Assembly: GCA_964651435.1 (NCBI GenBank)
Contig: CAZYVU010000007.1
Coordinates: 9,143 to 73,142 of the forward strand
Length of the DNA stretch: 64,000 nucleotides
Direction of reading: 5' to 3'
DNA from: an uncultured Pseudomonadota bacterium
GTDB taxonomy: Bacteria > Desulfobacterota > Syntrophorhabdia > Syntrophorhabdales > CAYQXL01
In this document: one piece after another, positions 36,639 through 46,203 of the stretch
How the letters are laid out: each line of letters opens with the position of its first letter
Position numbering within the stretch: the first letter of the stretch is position 1
Position numbers and translations under genes: made by a program
The notes under the pieces: generated by a model
Database searches by the model: none
What the model was told of the DNA's origin: nothing
What the model saw: only the letters and a program-made list of their open reading frames with translations

Positions 36639-37136
36639 ATGCTTCGCTTTGCCAACGTGGCACCGGGGTTTTCTCTCATCGAGGTCATGCTCGTGGTCAT
36701 ACTCCTCGCCATCCTCTCCGTGGGCGGGGTAGCCATGCTGAAACCGATGCTGGCGGATCAAAAGCTTATCAAGTATGGCACACAGATGGAGTACATGGTT
36801 AAGTATGCCAGGCTTCACGCCATGGAGAAGACCGTTAAGGTAGGCATTTGTATCGCCGGTAACCAGCTCACGCTGTATGACCTTGGTACGAACCGCGACT
36901 CGACGGTATGCGGAACATCGGGGCAAAGAATCATGTCTATGGCCGTTGAATCGGATGATCTTTCCTCGGGCATCACACTCATCGGTTCAAGCGTCTCCGT
37001 TGACCCCAGAGGCCTTGCGCTGTACCCGGGCACGGGCGGCAACGCCTGCGTCACAAACGGCAGAAAATACTACAAGACAACGGTCGGCGTGGCAGGTGTG
37101 CGGACGAAGCAGGGGACCGGGACATGTCCTTCATGA
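36639..37136 (+). CDS. GspH/FimT-family minor pilin
   Basis: 165-aa ORF with prepilin signal ...APG|FSLIEVMLVV and a downstream pattern like FimT/GspH. Confidence 0.7.
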   Translation: MLRFANVAPGFSLIEVMLVVILLAILSVGGVAMLKPMLADQKLIKYGTQMEYMVKYARLHAMEKTVKVGICIAGNQLTLYDLGTNRDSTVCGTSGQRIMSMAVESDDLSSGITLIGSSVSVDPRGLALYPGTGGNACVTNGRKYYKTTVGVAGVRTKQGTGTCPS

Positions 37137-37516
37137 AAAATGTCATTCATAAAGCGTATCATGGTTCAGGGGGTTTCACCCTCATTGAAACCCTGATCGG
37201 CCTCGCCCTGCTCGGCATTGCGCTTATGGGCATGGTCGCCATGATGGGAAATTTCGTAGCCCAGACGAGCGACAGCTTTTTGCGCTCCTGCGTCCTCGAT
37301 TCAGCCGTTAATGCGATACTTCAATACAAATCGAACGCCATGCCCGTGCCTACGACGTTTAATTGCACTACCTCGAAGGGACTCTCCTATGCCGGCACAG
37401 TTGTCATGAACTTCAGTACCTATCCGCCCCAAGATGAGTGCTACGACTTCACCGCAACGGCTACGGCAGGGGGCAAATCCGTTCTCCTCAGAGAGAAGAT
37501 ATGCAATTTCAGATGA
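37124..37516 (+). CDS. pilV: PilV-like minor pilin
   Basis: 130-aa ORF with signal ...GSGG|FTLIETLIGLALLGIALMGM, typical of PilV. Confidence 0.65.
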   Translation: MSFMKNVIHKAYHGSGGFTLIETLIGLALLGIALMGMVAMMGNFVAQTSDSFLRSCVLDSAVNAILQYKSNAMPVPTTFNCTTSKGLSYAGTVVMNFSTYPPQDECYDFTATATAGGKSVLLREKICNFR

Positions 37517-38508
37517 AGATGCCAAAGCTGGATGCCAAGGGGCATACCCTTATCGAGCTTCTGATTGTGGTAGGCATAGCCATGTTTGTGCTGCAGGCCG
37601 TCTATTTCCTGCAAAGCGGATTCCTAAGCCTCTTCAAAGATGTGAAAACCAGGTCCGAGAACATCCAGACAAAGATCCCTTCCATGGAGCTTGTGTCGCG
37701 TTACTTCGACCGTTGGGGCGTCAACGTCATCGGAAACGGGATTGCAGGAGGATCAAACTGCAGCTCGTACCCCCCGTCTCACGCCCGGTGCATCACTGCT
37801 ACCACGGGAACCCAGTGCGATGAAGTCACCTTCTGGGGGAACCTCTACGGGTTTGGGTTCGTCAACTCGGCCACCTCGGGCACAGCTTCGCTCGCCAGTT
37901 GCAGGCTCAGCAGTTCAGACAGCCATAACCGGTACTATATCTGGAGCAGCGATACGCTTTACAACGACGTCCTCCGAGATGGAAACGGCAACATCATCTA
38001 TGTCATTCCACTGCGACTGAGTTCATTGAGTGCCGACAGCGCGGATTGCACAGGCCTTACAGCCGGCAGTCCGGCCAATGCGACCACAGGCTATTCGCTG
38101 ACGCCCCCCACATGGGTGCAGACTTTTTGTCCGCTCCTGTTCGGTGTCACCTGCAGCGAGACAACTAAGTATCTTCAGGCGGGCGATGTGATTCAAAGGG
38201 CACCTCACCGTGTCCGCTTGTACTGTGCCCAAAATTCCACGGACAACAACCAGCTCTGGCTTTACGTCCGCTTGGTCGACACGGCGGACAACGTCGATGA
38301 AGGGGCCGTTGCCATCGCCCCCGTCATGTACGAAACACGAGAGAGCGGCAATATAAAAGGTCTGGAGGTCCAATTACTTCCTTCGGGCTGCGACGCCACG
38401 GTGGGAGGCTGCCTGGGCGCCCGCGTCTGGGTCAATTTTCGCAGCCAAGCCCAGACAACAGCCCACCAATTCGCGACCCAGCGGGTGGAGCGGGTCTATT
38501 CGAGGTGA
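37501..38508 (+). CDS. pilW: PilW-like minor pilin
   Basis: The ORF track starts at 37438. The ATG at 37501 gives MQFQMKMPKLDAKG|[17 protein letters not shown]. About 335 aa, with PilW-like size and position. Confidence 0.6.
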   Translation: MQFQMKMPKLDAKGHTLIELLIVVGIAMFVLQAVYFLQSGFLSLFKDVKTRSENIQTKIPSMELVSRYFDRWGVNVIGNGIAGGSNCSSYPPSHARCITATTGTQCDEVTFWGNLYGFGFVNSATSGTASLASCRLSSSDSHNRYYIWSSDTLYNDVLRDGNGNIIYVIPLRLSSLSADSADCTGLTAGSPANATTGYSLTPPTWVQTFCPLLFGVTCSETTKYLQAGDVIQRAPHRVRLYCAQNSTDNNQLWLYVRLVDTADNVDEGAVAIAPVMYETRESGNIKGLEVQLLPSGCDATVGGCLGARVWVNFRSQAQTTAHQFATQRVERVYSR

Positions 38509-38509
38509 G

Positions 38510-40411
38510 ATGATGAGCGACAACAGAGGTATGGCACTCGTGATCGTCCTTGCCGTCAATTTTCTCATCTTTTTTCTTGGCCTGGCAGCCTTCAAAATGA
38601 CGGAACTGGGGTACCTCACCTACGGGAGCGAGCGCCGGTTTCAAGTAGCCGGCGAGGCGTCAGAATTTGCCCTAAACACGGGCGTCAAGTACGCCCTTGA
38701 TAATGGCGCTTGTCCTGCCTCCGGGAACTGCACCGGCACGATGACATCTGCGGGAGGAACGGCGAACTATACCTGTTTCTCCGTTGCGGCCGGGAACAAG
38801 TGCTTCATCCATGCCACTGGAAGCTTTCGAGGATCGAGAGTTGTAAAAACCGTGGTTGTTCCTTACGGCGGGGCGACGGAGTACGGAGCCATAACGGTAC
38901 GTAACGGGGGCGTCTTCCAGATGGGAGGGTCCTCCTCCATCGCAAACTGCCAGTCCGATTGCCCCACGCCAGGTGTTTCCTATGGGGGCAGCATGACCCT
39001 GCAACTGCAAGGGGGCCTTTATAACACGACCGACTGCCCAAACAACCCAAAGGGCATCTATGGTGCCCCATACGCCGTAGCCGACGGAACCGGCAATCAG
39101 GCACCCTGCGCAAACCCAAGGAATTGCTCCTTTTCCGCCCCCGTTCTGCCGGACCTTATACCTTCGACCTTTGTGGTAGGAAGCGGGTGCAGATCTGCCG
39201 GCACCTGTTGGGCAGACCTGAAGACCGCTTTGGCCGGTACGTACGGCGGCGTTTCCGTAACGCCCTCCAGTCTTGTGGTGGCAGGCATGCCCGAAAGGCC
39301 AGCAACAACTCCGAACCCTACCTGCTTTTGCACCGACTCCAGCTTCACCCTCACCTCCGGCTCAAACTCATGCACGGGCGTGGCGGATTTCTCAACCTGC
39401 GACGGCGGCATCAAGTTCAACGGAACCATGACGATACAGGGAATACCTGTCGGCATCTCAACCTTGGTATCAACCGGAACCATGACAGTTACAGGCGTCC
39501 CTTCGGGCAGCGGTAATTTTTCGGGGAAGAACCTTTATGCCTTAGGCGCCTCGAGCATTACAGTCAATGACAGCGACGTATCGTTTGCCAACGCGCAGGT
39601 TGTTTCAGGGGGCTCGGTGACGCTGCAATATGTTGCGGATATATCTAGCACGACCATAACCTCAGGAACAAACCAAAGCGTAACGCTTCAGTCCACGGGA
39701 ACAATAAGCGACAGCACCATTATATCCGGAGGCGGCATCACTATGCAGTCGAGCACGTCCGGTATAAATAACTCTAAGCTGCTGGCAGAGGGCTCCTCAG
39801 GAGTAACAGTGCAGAGCGGCAATGGCATAGACAACACGGTTATTGTCACCGCAGCCGCGGGCGCCGACATCACCCTCCAGGGTGGGACCATCACGGGCTC
39901 CACTCTTGTAACCAAGGATGCACTTACGATACAGTCCAGCAACGGCACCGTGACGGATTCAAACCTTTTTTCGGACTCCATAGTCATCCAGAAGGGCGCG
40001 GGCAACATCGGCGGGGGTATGCTGTACTCCAACTCGGGGGCCACAATCCAGGGAACGGGTGGTGGTACACAGCAAGTAGGGTTGACGACGAACCCGACCC
40101 TTCTCCTTACCGGAGGCAATCTGACGATCCAGCATACTAACGGCACGACCGACTTTAACGGTATGGTTTTCACCAACGGGAGAATCGTCTATCAGTCAAA
40201 CGGGGACTACGGTATACGAGGGAAACTCGTAGCAAACAGCGGCACAGCGGGAAGTGTCTTTCAGGGCGGCGGCAATGCCCATATCAACTACGACCACGGC
40301 GTGCTACAACTGCTGGCCACACGTCTTGCCACGCTCGTTCGTGCACCAACCTGCGGCGGGGGGGGCAACATGAAGCCCTATGTATCCATGACAAAGATGA
40401 CGGTATATTGA
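38510..40411 (+). CDS. PilX-N-terminal-domain protein fused to a long Gly/Thr/Ser-rich repeat (predicted beta-helix) region
   Basis: 633-aa ORF with N-terminus RGMALVIVLAVNFLIFFLGLAAF (PilX_N-like, no E+5). The C-terminal half holds about 10 repeats of about 20 aa centred on [ILV]T[LIVM]Q. Confidence 0.6.
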   Translation: MMSDNRGMALVIVLAVNFLIFFLGLAAFKMTELGYLTYGSERRFQVAGEASEFALNTGVKYALDNGACPASGNCTGTMTSAGGTANYTCFSVAAGNKCFIHATGSFRGSRVVKTVVVPYGGATEYGAITVRNGGVFQMGGSSSIANCQSDCPTPGVSYGGSMTLQLQGGLYNTTDCPNNPKGIYGAPYAVADGTGNQAPCANPRNCSFSAPVLPDLIPSTFVVGSGCRSAGTCWADLKTALAGTYGGVSVTPSSLVVAGMPERPATTPNPTCFCTDSSFTLTSGSNSCTGVADFSTCDGGIKFNGTMTIQGIPVGISTLVSTGTMTVTGVPSGSGNFSGKNLYALGASSITVNDSDVSFANAQVVSGGSVTLQYVADISSTTITSGTNQSVTLQSTGTISDSTIISGGGITMQSSTSGINNSKLLAEGSSGVTVQSGNGIDNTVIVTAAAGADITLQGGTITGSTLVTKDALTIQSSNGTVTDSNLFSDSIVIQKGAGNIGGGMLYSNSGATIQGTGGGTQQVGLTTNPTLLLTGGNLTIQHTNGTTDFNGMVFTNGRIVYQSNGDYGIRGKLVANSGTAGSVFQGGGNAHINYDHGVLQLLATRLATLVRAPTCGGGGNMKPYVSMTKMTVY

Positions 40412-40472
40412 GTGTGATAGTACATGTACGACCCGAAGGGCGGGGATTCAGTGGGTCAAAGGATTACCTTTC

Positions 40473-42536
40473 TTGCAAAAGACCATAAACATTCTGGGCG
40501 CCTGTGCGCTCTTCCTGCTTCCTTTTGTCGGCGGAAATCACCTTCCCCTCCACTTCTTTACGGTCGATCGGTTTTGGATCGAGACGTCCTTTGCCTTTGT
40601 GCTCGCGTCCTGTTCCGTCGCCGTATTTCTGCTGGCGGATACCCGCATGAATCGGCTTCTGCCATTTTTCGTTCTTGCAGGCCCATACATTTTGATCAAT
40701 CTCCTGAGCCTTGCCTACTCATGGGATCTCTTCGCCACCATTAAGTCTATAAACGTCTTGCTTCTGGCCCTCGCCATGGCATGCGTTGCGAGCTTCATGG
40801 ACAGAGGCCTCGTCATACGATCCCTCGTTGTCGGGGGACTCGTGCTCGCAGCATGTGCAATAGTCCAGCACTGTGCGCTTTTTCCCTCTCTTCGAACCAT
40901 CTTCACCTCAGGCCAATACGCCGCATTGCTCGGCGAGCAGTCATCGATACCCTTCGGCTCCTACCTCTATCACAACATAATGGGTGGCTATCTCGCTTTC
41001 CTTTTCCCTCTCTCGATTTTCCTGGCAGCATCAGAGAAACCCTTTGCCTGGGCCCCCATATCGGCAACGATCATAATAGGAGTGGTTCTCTCGTCATCCC
41101 GTATCGCTCTGACCCTCGTCGTGATCATTGTCGGCATCTGTGGGGTAGCGTTTTTCATTAAACGTAAATTCCAGCAGGCACTTATCGTTTTCGTTGTCTG
41201 TGCACTTGCTGCAGGCGGCACCTTTCTTCTCCTGAAACTCCCCGGCACTCCCGAGGCTACCACGGTGCAGAAGGTGCTTGAAGAGAAGGTCAAAACGGCC
41301 GGAAGCCAACTGTCGACCATGAATACGAGAACAGATATTTGGAAGAATGGGTTGGAGGCCTTCAGGCACCACCCCATCGTCGGGGTGGGGGCAGGAAGCT
41401 TCGAGTTTGCCTACAGAAAGTATTTTTACGGTAACTCCTATACGAGGGTCGCCCACTCCACGCTGCTCAAGACGGCCGTCGAACTGGGAGTCATAGGCTT
41501 ATTGTGCCTCATCATTTACCTGGTGGAAGCTCTTCTGCATCTTAGGGGCACCAAATGGGGCTTCGGCGATTTTGCCCTGATCGCCGCCTGCGGATGCGGG
41601 TTCGCCTTTGGGCTTGTCGATTTCTCCTTCGACGTTCCCTCCCACGTAATTACGTTCTTTGCGCTAAGCTCCATGCTCTTTGTGGACAGGCGAGCTCCGC
41701 TCCGGTCAGTTACGCAAACAGACGGTGCCGCACGCCATGCGTTGTTCTTGAGCCGTCACAAGCTGGTAGCCCTGGCCATGATGGTGGCCCTATTGCTGTC
41801 CCTGACATTTACTTTCAGGGCAGCCCTTGCCGACAAGGCCTTGGAAAACGGCGGGCACCTTGAAGACCTCGGCCTGACGGCCGATGCGGTCAAGTCATAC
41901 GAGGACGCCGACCATCTCATGCCCTGGAATGCGGAAGGTGCCCTGAGGGCGACAGCGGCCTTAACAGGCGCATATCTTTCCGGGGGTGGAAAAGAGGCCG
42001 GGAATGTGATAGGAGAGAAACTAACCATGTCCCTGGATGGAATAAACGCGAAGAGAACGAGGAATTCAGAGGCCTTCTTGATCTCGGCGAGAGGGTACGT
42101 TGCACTCGGGAAGACCGGCGAGGCCGACAACGCCTTTCGGGCAGCCCTGAGCCTCTATCCAACCTCCGCCTATTATGTGTCCGAATTCCTCGATTTCTCC
42201 ATTAGCACCAATCAACTCGACCAGGCGGAACGGCTCGTCCGGACCTTTGCCCCGCTGAAGCCAAAGTATGTAGGTCCCTACAACACGCGAGGTCTCTATG
42301 TGTACCGAATTCAGGACCTGGAGGCTACGCTTGCATACAAACAGGGGGACCGGCGGAAGGCCGTGGACATAGCCAAAGCAAACCTGGAGGATGCAAGAGA
42401 AGGCAAGTATGTCATAACCAGTGCGCGGTCACGGCAGTTTGTGCGGAGAGACGACATCCTTAGATATCTCGAGCAAAGGCACCGCCAGTTCCAGAATGCG
42501 AAATTACACGAAAAGGTTCCAAATGTTATGCGATAA
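40473..42536 (+). CDS. Wzy_C / O-antigen-ligase-family membrane protein with a C-terminal TPR-like domain
   Basis: 687-aa ORF, polytopic, with the periplasmic-loop signature SSSRIAL... and AHSTLLKTAVELGVIGLL (compare the AHN.YL..L.E.GiiG block of WaaL/PglL/PilO). The last ~230 aa are helical-repeat-like. TTG start. Confidence 0.75.
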   Translation: MQKTINILGACALFLLPFVGGNHLPLHFFTVDRFWIETSFAFVLASCSVAVFLLADTRMNRLLPFFVLAGPYILINLLSLAYSWDLFATIKSINVLLLALAMACVASFMDRGLVIRSLVVGGLVLAACAIVQHCALFPSLRTIFTSGQYAALLGEQSSIPFGSYLYHNIMGGYLAFLFPLSIFLAASEKPFAWAPISATIIIGVVLSSSRIALTLVVIIVGICGVAFFIKRKFQQALIVFVVCALAAGGTFLLLKLPGTPEATTVQKVLEEKVKTAGSQLSTMNTRTDIWKNGLEAFRHHPIVGVGAGSFEFAYRKYFYGNSYTRVAHSTLLKTAVELGVIGLLCLIIYLVEALLHLRGTKWGFGDFALIAACGCGFAFGLVDFSFDVPSHVITFFALSSMLFVDRRAPLRSVTQTDGAARHALFLSRHKLVALAMMVALLLSLTFTFRAALADKALENGGHLEDLGLTADAVKSYEDADHLMPWNAEGALRATAALTGAYLSGGGKEAGNVIGEKLTMSLDGINAKRTRNSEAFLISARGYVALGKTGEADNAFRAALSLYPTSAYYVSEFLDFSISTNQLDQAERLVRTFAPLKPKYVGPYNTRGLYVYRIQDLEATLAYKQGDRRKAVDIAKANLEDAREGKYVITSARSRQFVRRDDILRYLEQRHRQFQNAKLHEKVPNVMR

Positions 42537-42686
42537 TTTAAGGCTATGCTTGAAAGAATGGATTCAGCAGTATATCGGAGAGTGGCTTGTTTCGCGCACC
42601 AGAGGTTTGCGGACATCGCGGACAACATCTTCAACCTGCGATCTACATCGTCCGCATCGACAGCGAAGAGCGGGTGCGTTCTCCTG

Positions 42687-43493
42687 ATGAGCAGCGGCCA
42701 TAGGAATTTCTCTCTGAGGTCATCAGTCCGCAGCATAAGAAGAATAATACAACTCACAAACTATGACTTTAGATCCAAATATCTCGGTTCGCACTTAGGT
42801 CTATTTTGGTCCTTTTTGCAGCCACTTCTAACGCTGGCAGTTCTTTGTTTCGTTCTTCAAGTCGGTTTTAAAACGGGAAGCGTGGGGAATTACCCATTTA
42901 TCATGTGGCTAATGGCTGGAATTATTCCTTGGTTCTTTATATCCGAAGGTCTTTCAAATTCTTCTGGTGCCATTGTTGAAAATAGTTTTCTTATCAAGAA
43001 AGTGGTATTTGACGTCCATCTTCTGCCGATAATAAAGATTATTTCCGCTCTATATGTACACGCGTTCTTTATTGTTCTTTTATTGCTTGTTTTTCTCTTT
43101 CAAGGGAATTCTCCTTGCCGTTATTGGTTGCAGCTCATCTATTATTTGAGCTCCTCGATTGTCCTGGTAATGGGAATATCCCTTCTCACTTCAGCCGCCG
43201 TAGCCTTTGTTTCTGATTTGAAGCCTGTCATCGCAATGTTTTTGCAGTTGGGTTTCTGGTTAACCCCCATCTTTTGGTCCCATCATGCGGTGGCAAAGAA
43301 TTATCGGTATTTGATAAAGCTCAATCCTTTCTTCTATATAGTTACTGGGTACAGGGACAGCATGATTGACCATGTTTGGCTATGGGAGCGCCCCTTGCTT
43401 ACAATCTACTTCTGGATTTTCACGGTTCTGGTTTTGATAACTGGTATTCTTGCTTTTCGTCGGCTGCAATCTCAATTTGCTGACGTGGTTTAG
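42687..43493 (+). CDS. wzm: ABC-2-type polysaccharide export permease
   Basis: The ORF track starts at 42546. The ATG at 42687 gives a typical ~268-aa Wzm/TagG protein (YDFRSKYLGSHLGLFWSFLQPLL, 6 TM). Confidence 0.8.
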   Translation: MSSGHRNFSLRSSVRSIRRIIQLTNYDFRSKYLGSHLGLFWSFLQPLLTLAVLCFVLQVGFKTGSVGNYPFIMWLMAGIIPWFFISEGLSNSSGAIVENSFLIKKVVFDVHLLPIIKIISALYVHAFFIVLLLLVFLFQGNSPCRYWLQLIYYLSSSIVLVMGISLLTSAAVAFVSDLKPVIAMFLQLGFWLTPIFWSHHAVAKNYRYLIKLNPFFYIVTGYRDSMIDHVWLWERPLLTIYFWIFTVLVLITGILAFRRLQSQFADVV

Positions 43494-44699
43494 ATGACGA
43501 GTGAAGCTGCCATCCAAGCGAAACGTGTGTCAAAGAGCTATCGATTGTATGACAGACGTTCTGACCGAATTATGGATTTGCTCACGCTGTTTAAAGGAAC
43601 CTATCACCGAAATCATGCTGCTTTGTCCGACGTCAACTTGACAATCTCCAAAGGCGATATAGTTGGTATCGTTGGGCGAAACGGGTCGGGCAAGTCTACC
43701 CTCCTTGGCCTTTTCTCCGGCGTCATAAAGCCTACAGCCGGAGATATATCGGTTAGCGGAAGAATCTCTACCCTTCTTGAGCTCGGTATCGGCTTTAATC
43801 CAGCGTTGACGGGGATTGAAAACGTCTATTACTTTGGCTTGATTCTTGGGCACACCAGGAGCGAAATGAATAGCAAGATCGGCGATATTCTACAGTTTGC
43901 CGATATAGGACAATACGCATACCAACCTGTCCGAACTTATTCAAGTGGCATGTTTGTAAGGCTGGCATTTGCGGCTGCCATTAATGTTGATCCCGACATT
44001 CTTCTCGTCGATGAGGTCTTGGCGGTTGGGGATATTAACTTCCAACTGAAGTGCATGGAGAAGTTTGACGAATTTAAGGAGCGCCACACGACAATCGTAT
44101 TTGTTTCTCACGACATGAATATGGTGAAGAAGTTTTGCGGTAAGGCCGCTTGGCTGGATCAAGGAAGAATAAAAATGTTTGGTGACGTGCATGACGTCGT
44201 TAATCGCTATGAGCATCATCTAAAGGCTTGGGATCACACAAGCAGGAGCGCCGGAACCTCAGTAAGGAGCTCGGAATCACCTGGCTACTTGCGTCGAATC
44301 AACATACTTAATGCAGCACGTGCCGAATCGGACACATTTTCAATTGGTGCCGACATGTTCGTCAGGGTAGAGTACGAGGTAAAGGACGCCTCAATAGAGA
44401 TAGTGATTGGAGTGGCGATTTTTGGAGTAAACAACGTGTATATCTCGGGACTTAATACTGACTTGGATGGATACAGAGTAAGGGGAAAGCTGGGGAAAAA
44501 CGTAATCCTTCTTCGTTACGGGAACCTAAGACTCCTTGAGGGACACTACTACATCGATGTCGGCTTATTCGAAAGAAATGCTATAGTAGCGATGGATTAC
44601 CGGGCCAGAGCAATAGAGTTTTCCGTAGAGGCTCCTTACGTTTCTGAAGGCATAGCTCTCCTGGATCACGAATGGTTGGAAGAAAGCAGCATTACATAG
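43494..44699 (+). CDS. wzt: polysaccharide ABC transporter ATP-binding protein with a C-terminal extension
   Basis: Walker A GRNGSGKST, signature YSSGMFVRLAFA and Walker B ILLVDE. About 150 aa of extra C-terminal beta-rich domain, as in Wzt proteins carrying a glycan-binding module. Confidence 0.85.
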   Translation: MTSEAAIQAKRVSKSYRLYDRRSDRIMDLLTLFKGTYHRNHAALSDVNLTISKGDIVGIVGRNGSGKSTLLGLFSGVIKPTAGDISVSGRISTLLELGIGFNPALTGIENVYYFGLILGHTRSEMNSKIGDILQFADIGQYAYQPVRTYSSGMFVRLAFAAAINVDPDILLVDEVLAVGDINFQLKCMEKFDEFKERHTTIVFVSHDMNMVKKFCGKAAWLDQGRIKMFGDVHDVVNRYEHHLKAWDHTSRSAGTSVRSSESPGYLRRINILNAARAESDTFSIGADMFVRVEYEVKDASIEIVIGVAIFGVNNVYISGLNTDLDGYRVRGKLGKNVILLRYGNLRLLEGHYYIDVGLFERNAIVAMDYRARAIEFSVEAPYVSEGIALLDHEWLEESSIT

Positions 44700-44751
44700 T
44701 TGCCGTTTTAGATGCTTATAGCGTAATGACATACCTTTCAGGCGGGATTAT

Positions 44752-46203
44752 TTGTTGGAAAAAATTCGTATAGGTTTCATCCAAGCCAACAACGACGTTG
44801 ACATTCAGACTTATAAACCTTTGGCGTTCGGATACCTAAAATCTTTTTTGGAGATGAAGCTTAAGGACCGAGTTGAAATGTCCTTTCTCGAAGATGAGAA
44901 TGTTGCTTTGCCCTTTCACGTCATTGGCATCTCGTCTACCTCGCAGAATTTTTCGAGGGCCAAAAATCTGGCAAGGAAAATCAAAGATAGGGATCCCACC
45001 AAATTCATTGCCTTAGGGGGTCACCATATAACAAGCCTTCCCGAAACCTTGGGGCCAGAATTTGACATTGGAGTTAGAGGGGAAGGGGAACAAACCTTTT
45101 TTGAGCTAATCAGCTTAATTATAGAGAACGGGATCGTTATAGAACCGGAACTGTTGGCAAACATAAAGGGCTTGATATATCATCACGGAAACCGCGTAGT
45201 TCAGTCACCCGCAAGAGAGCCTATTTTCCCACTCGAACAGCTTCCAGTCCCTTATAGAGATAAGGGTTCATCCCACTATCTCTTTTCGTCAAGAGGCTGC
45301 CCTTATCGATGTGCATTTTGTGGGAGCTCATCGTTTTGGGGGGCAGTGCGTTACTTTAGCCCCGAATACGTGGTGAACGAAATTGAGAGCATCCTCGAAT
45401 ATTGCGATAGTGACAAGAGCATTACCGTTTGGGATGACCTATTTGTTGCAGACCGGAAAAGGTTTAAACAAATAATCGAGACCCTTGAAAAGCGCGGTAT
45501 AAGACAGGAAGTCAGCTTCACCTTCTCGGTCCGGGCAAACTTGGTCAACGAGGAACTTTGTAGAGATCTAAAGCTAATTCGTGTATCCGAGATAAATTTT
45601 GGCGCCGAGTCTGGTAGCAATAGAATTCTGGGGTTGCTCGATAAAGGAACAACAGTGGAAATGAACCAAGAAGCGATAGATTTGTTGCGCAGGCATGGCT
45701 TTTCCGTCAGATGTTCCTTCATCGTAGGATGCCCAACAGAAACGGCAGAGGAGGTCAGGAGCACCTACGAGTTTCTAATCCGCAACGTCCTAGCGGGCAA
45801 ACTGCCTCACAATTGCCCCGTAAACATTCTTATGCCTATTCCTGGCACCAAGGTGTGGAACGAAGGGGTTCGCGCTGCCAAGATTAGTCCGGCTAATTTT
45901 GATTGGGAGAGGCTGGGGCTATTCGCTTCGTACAGAGACTCCGGGATATCGAACTTCGCCGATTGGGCGGTGCGCCGGAGAATTAATGGTTCGTTATATT
46001 TGGCTGAAAACTCTCTACCCGAAGAGGTGCTTCTAAAGATGATGGGATTTTACGAGGATGTTCTGGCCGCCCTTGGGGAGAGAGCAGTATATCAAGACGC
46101 GCTCAGAAATAGTGACACAGCACTAAGGAAAATCATGGGGTCTCGGGGTTGGAAAATGTTGTCACAATATTATAGGTTGCGGGACCTTATAACCGCACGA
46201 TAA
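44752..46203 (+). CDS. B12-binding-domain radical SAM protein
   Basis: 483-aa ORF with an N-terminal cobalamin-binding-like Rossmann region and the cluster motif SRGCPYRCAFCGS. TTG start. Confidence 0.8.
   Translation: MLEKIRIGFIQANNDVDIQTYKPLAFGYLKSFLEMKLKDRVEMSFLEDENVALPFHVIGISSTSQNFSRAKNLARKIKDRDPTKFIALGGHHITSLPETLGPEFDIGVRGEGEQTFFELISLIIENGIVIEPELLANIKGLIYHHGNRVVQSPAREPIFPLEQLPVPYRDKGSSHYLFSSRGCPYRCAFCGSSSFWGAVRYFSPEYVVNEIESILEYCDSDKSITVWDDLFVADRKRFKQIIETLEKRGIRQEVSFTFSVRANLVNEELCRDLKLIRVSEINFGAESGSNRILGLLDKGTTVEMNQEAIDLLRRHGFSVRCSFIVGCPTETAEEVRSTYEFLIRNVLAGKLPHNCPVNILMPIPGTKVWNEGVRAAKISPANFDWERLGLFASYRDSGISNFADWAVRRRINGSLYLAENSLPEEVLLKMMGFYEDVLAALGERAVYQDALRNSDTALRKIMGSRGWKMLSQYYRLRDLITAR

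Noticed and set aside
39500-40250. Whether the repeat region of the PilX-like gene is a DNA-level tandem repeat that could vary by slippage.
   Set aside because: The repeats are visible at the protein level only. Codon usage and lengths differ between units, and I saw no long exact nucleotide repeats. A dot-plot would settle it.
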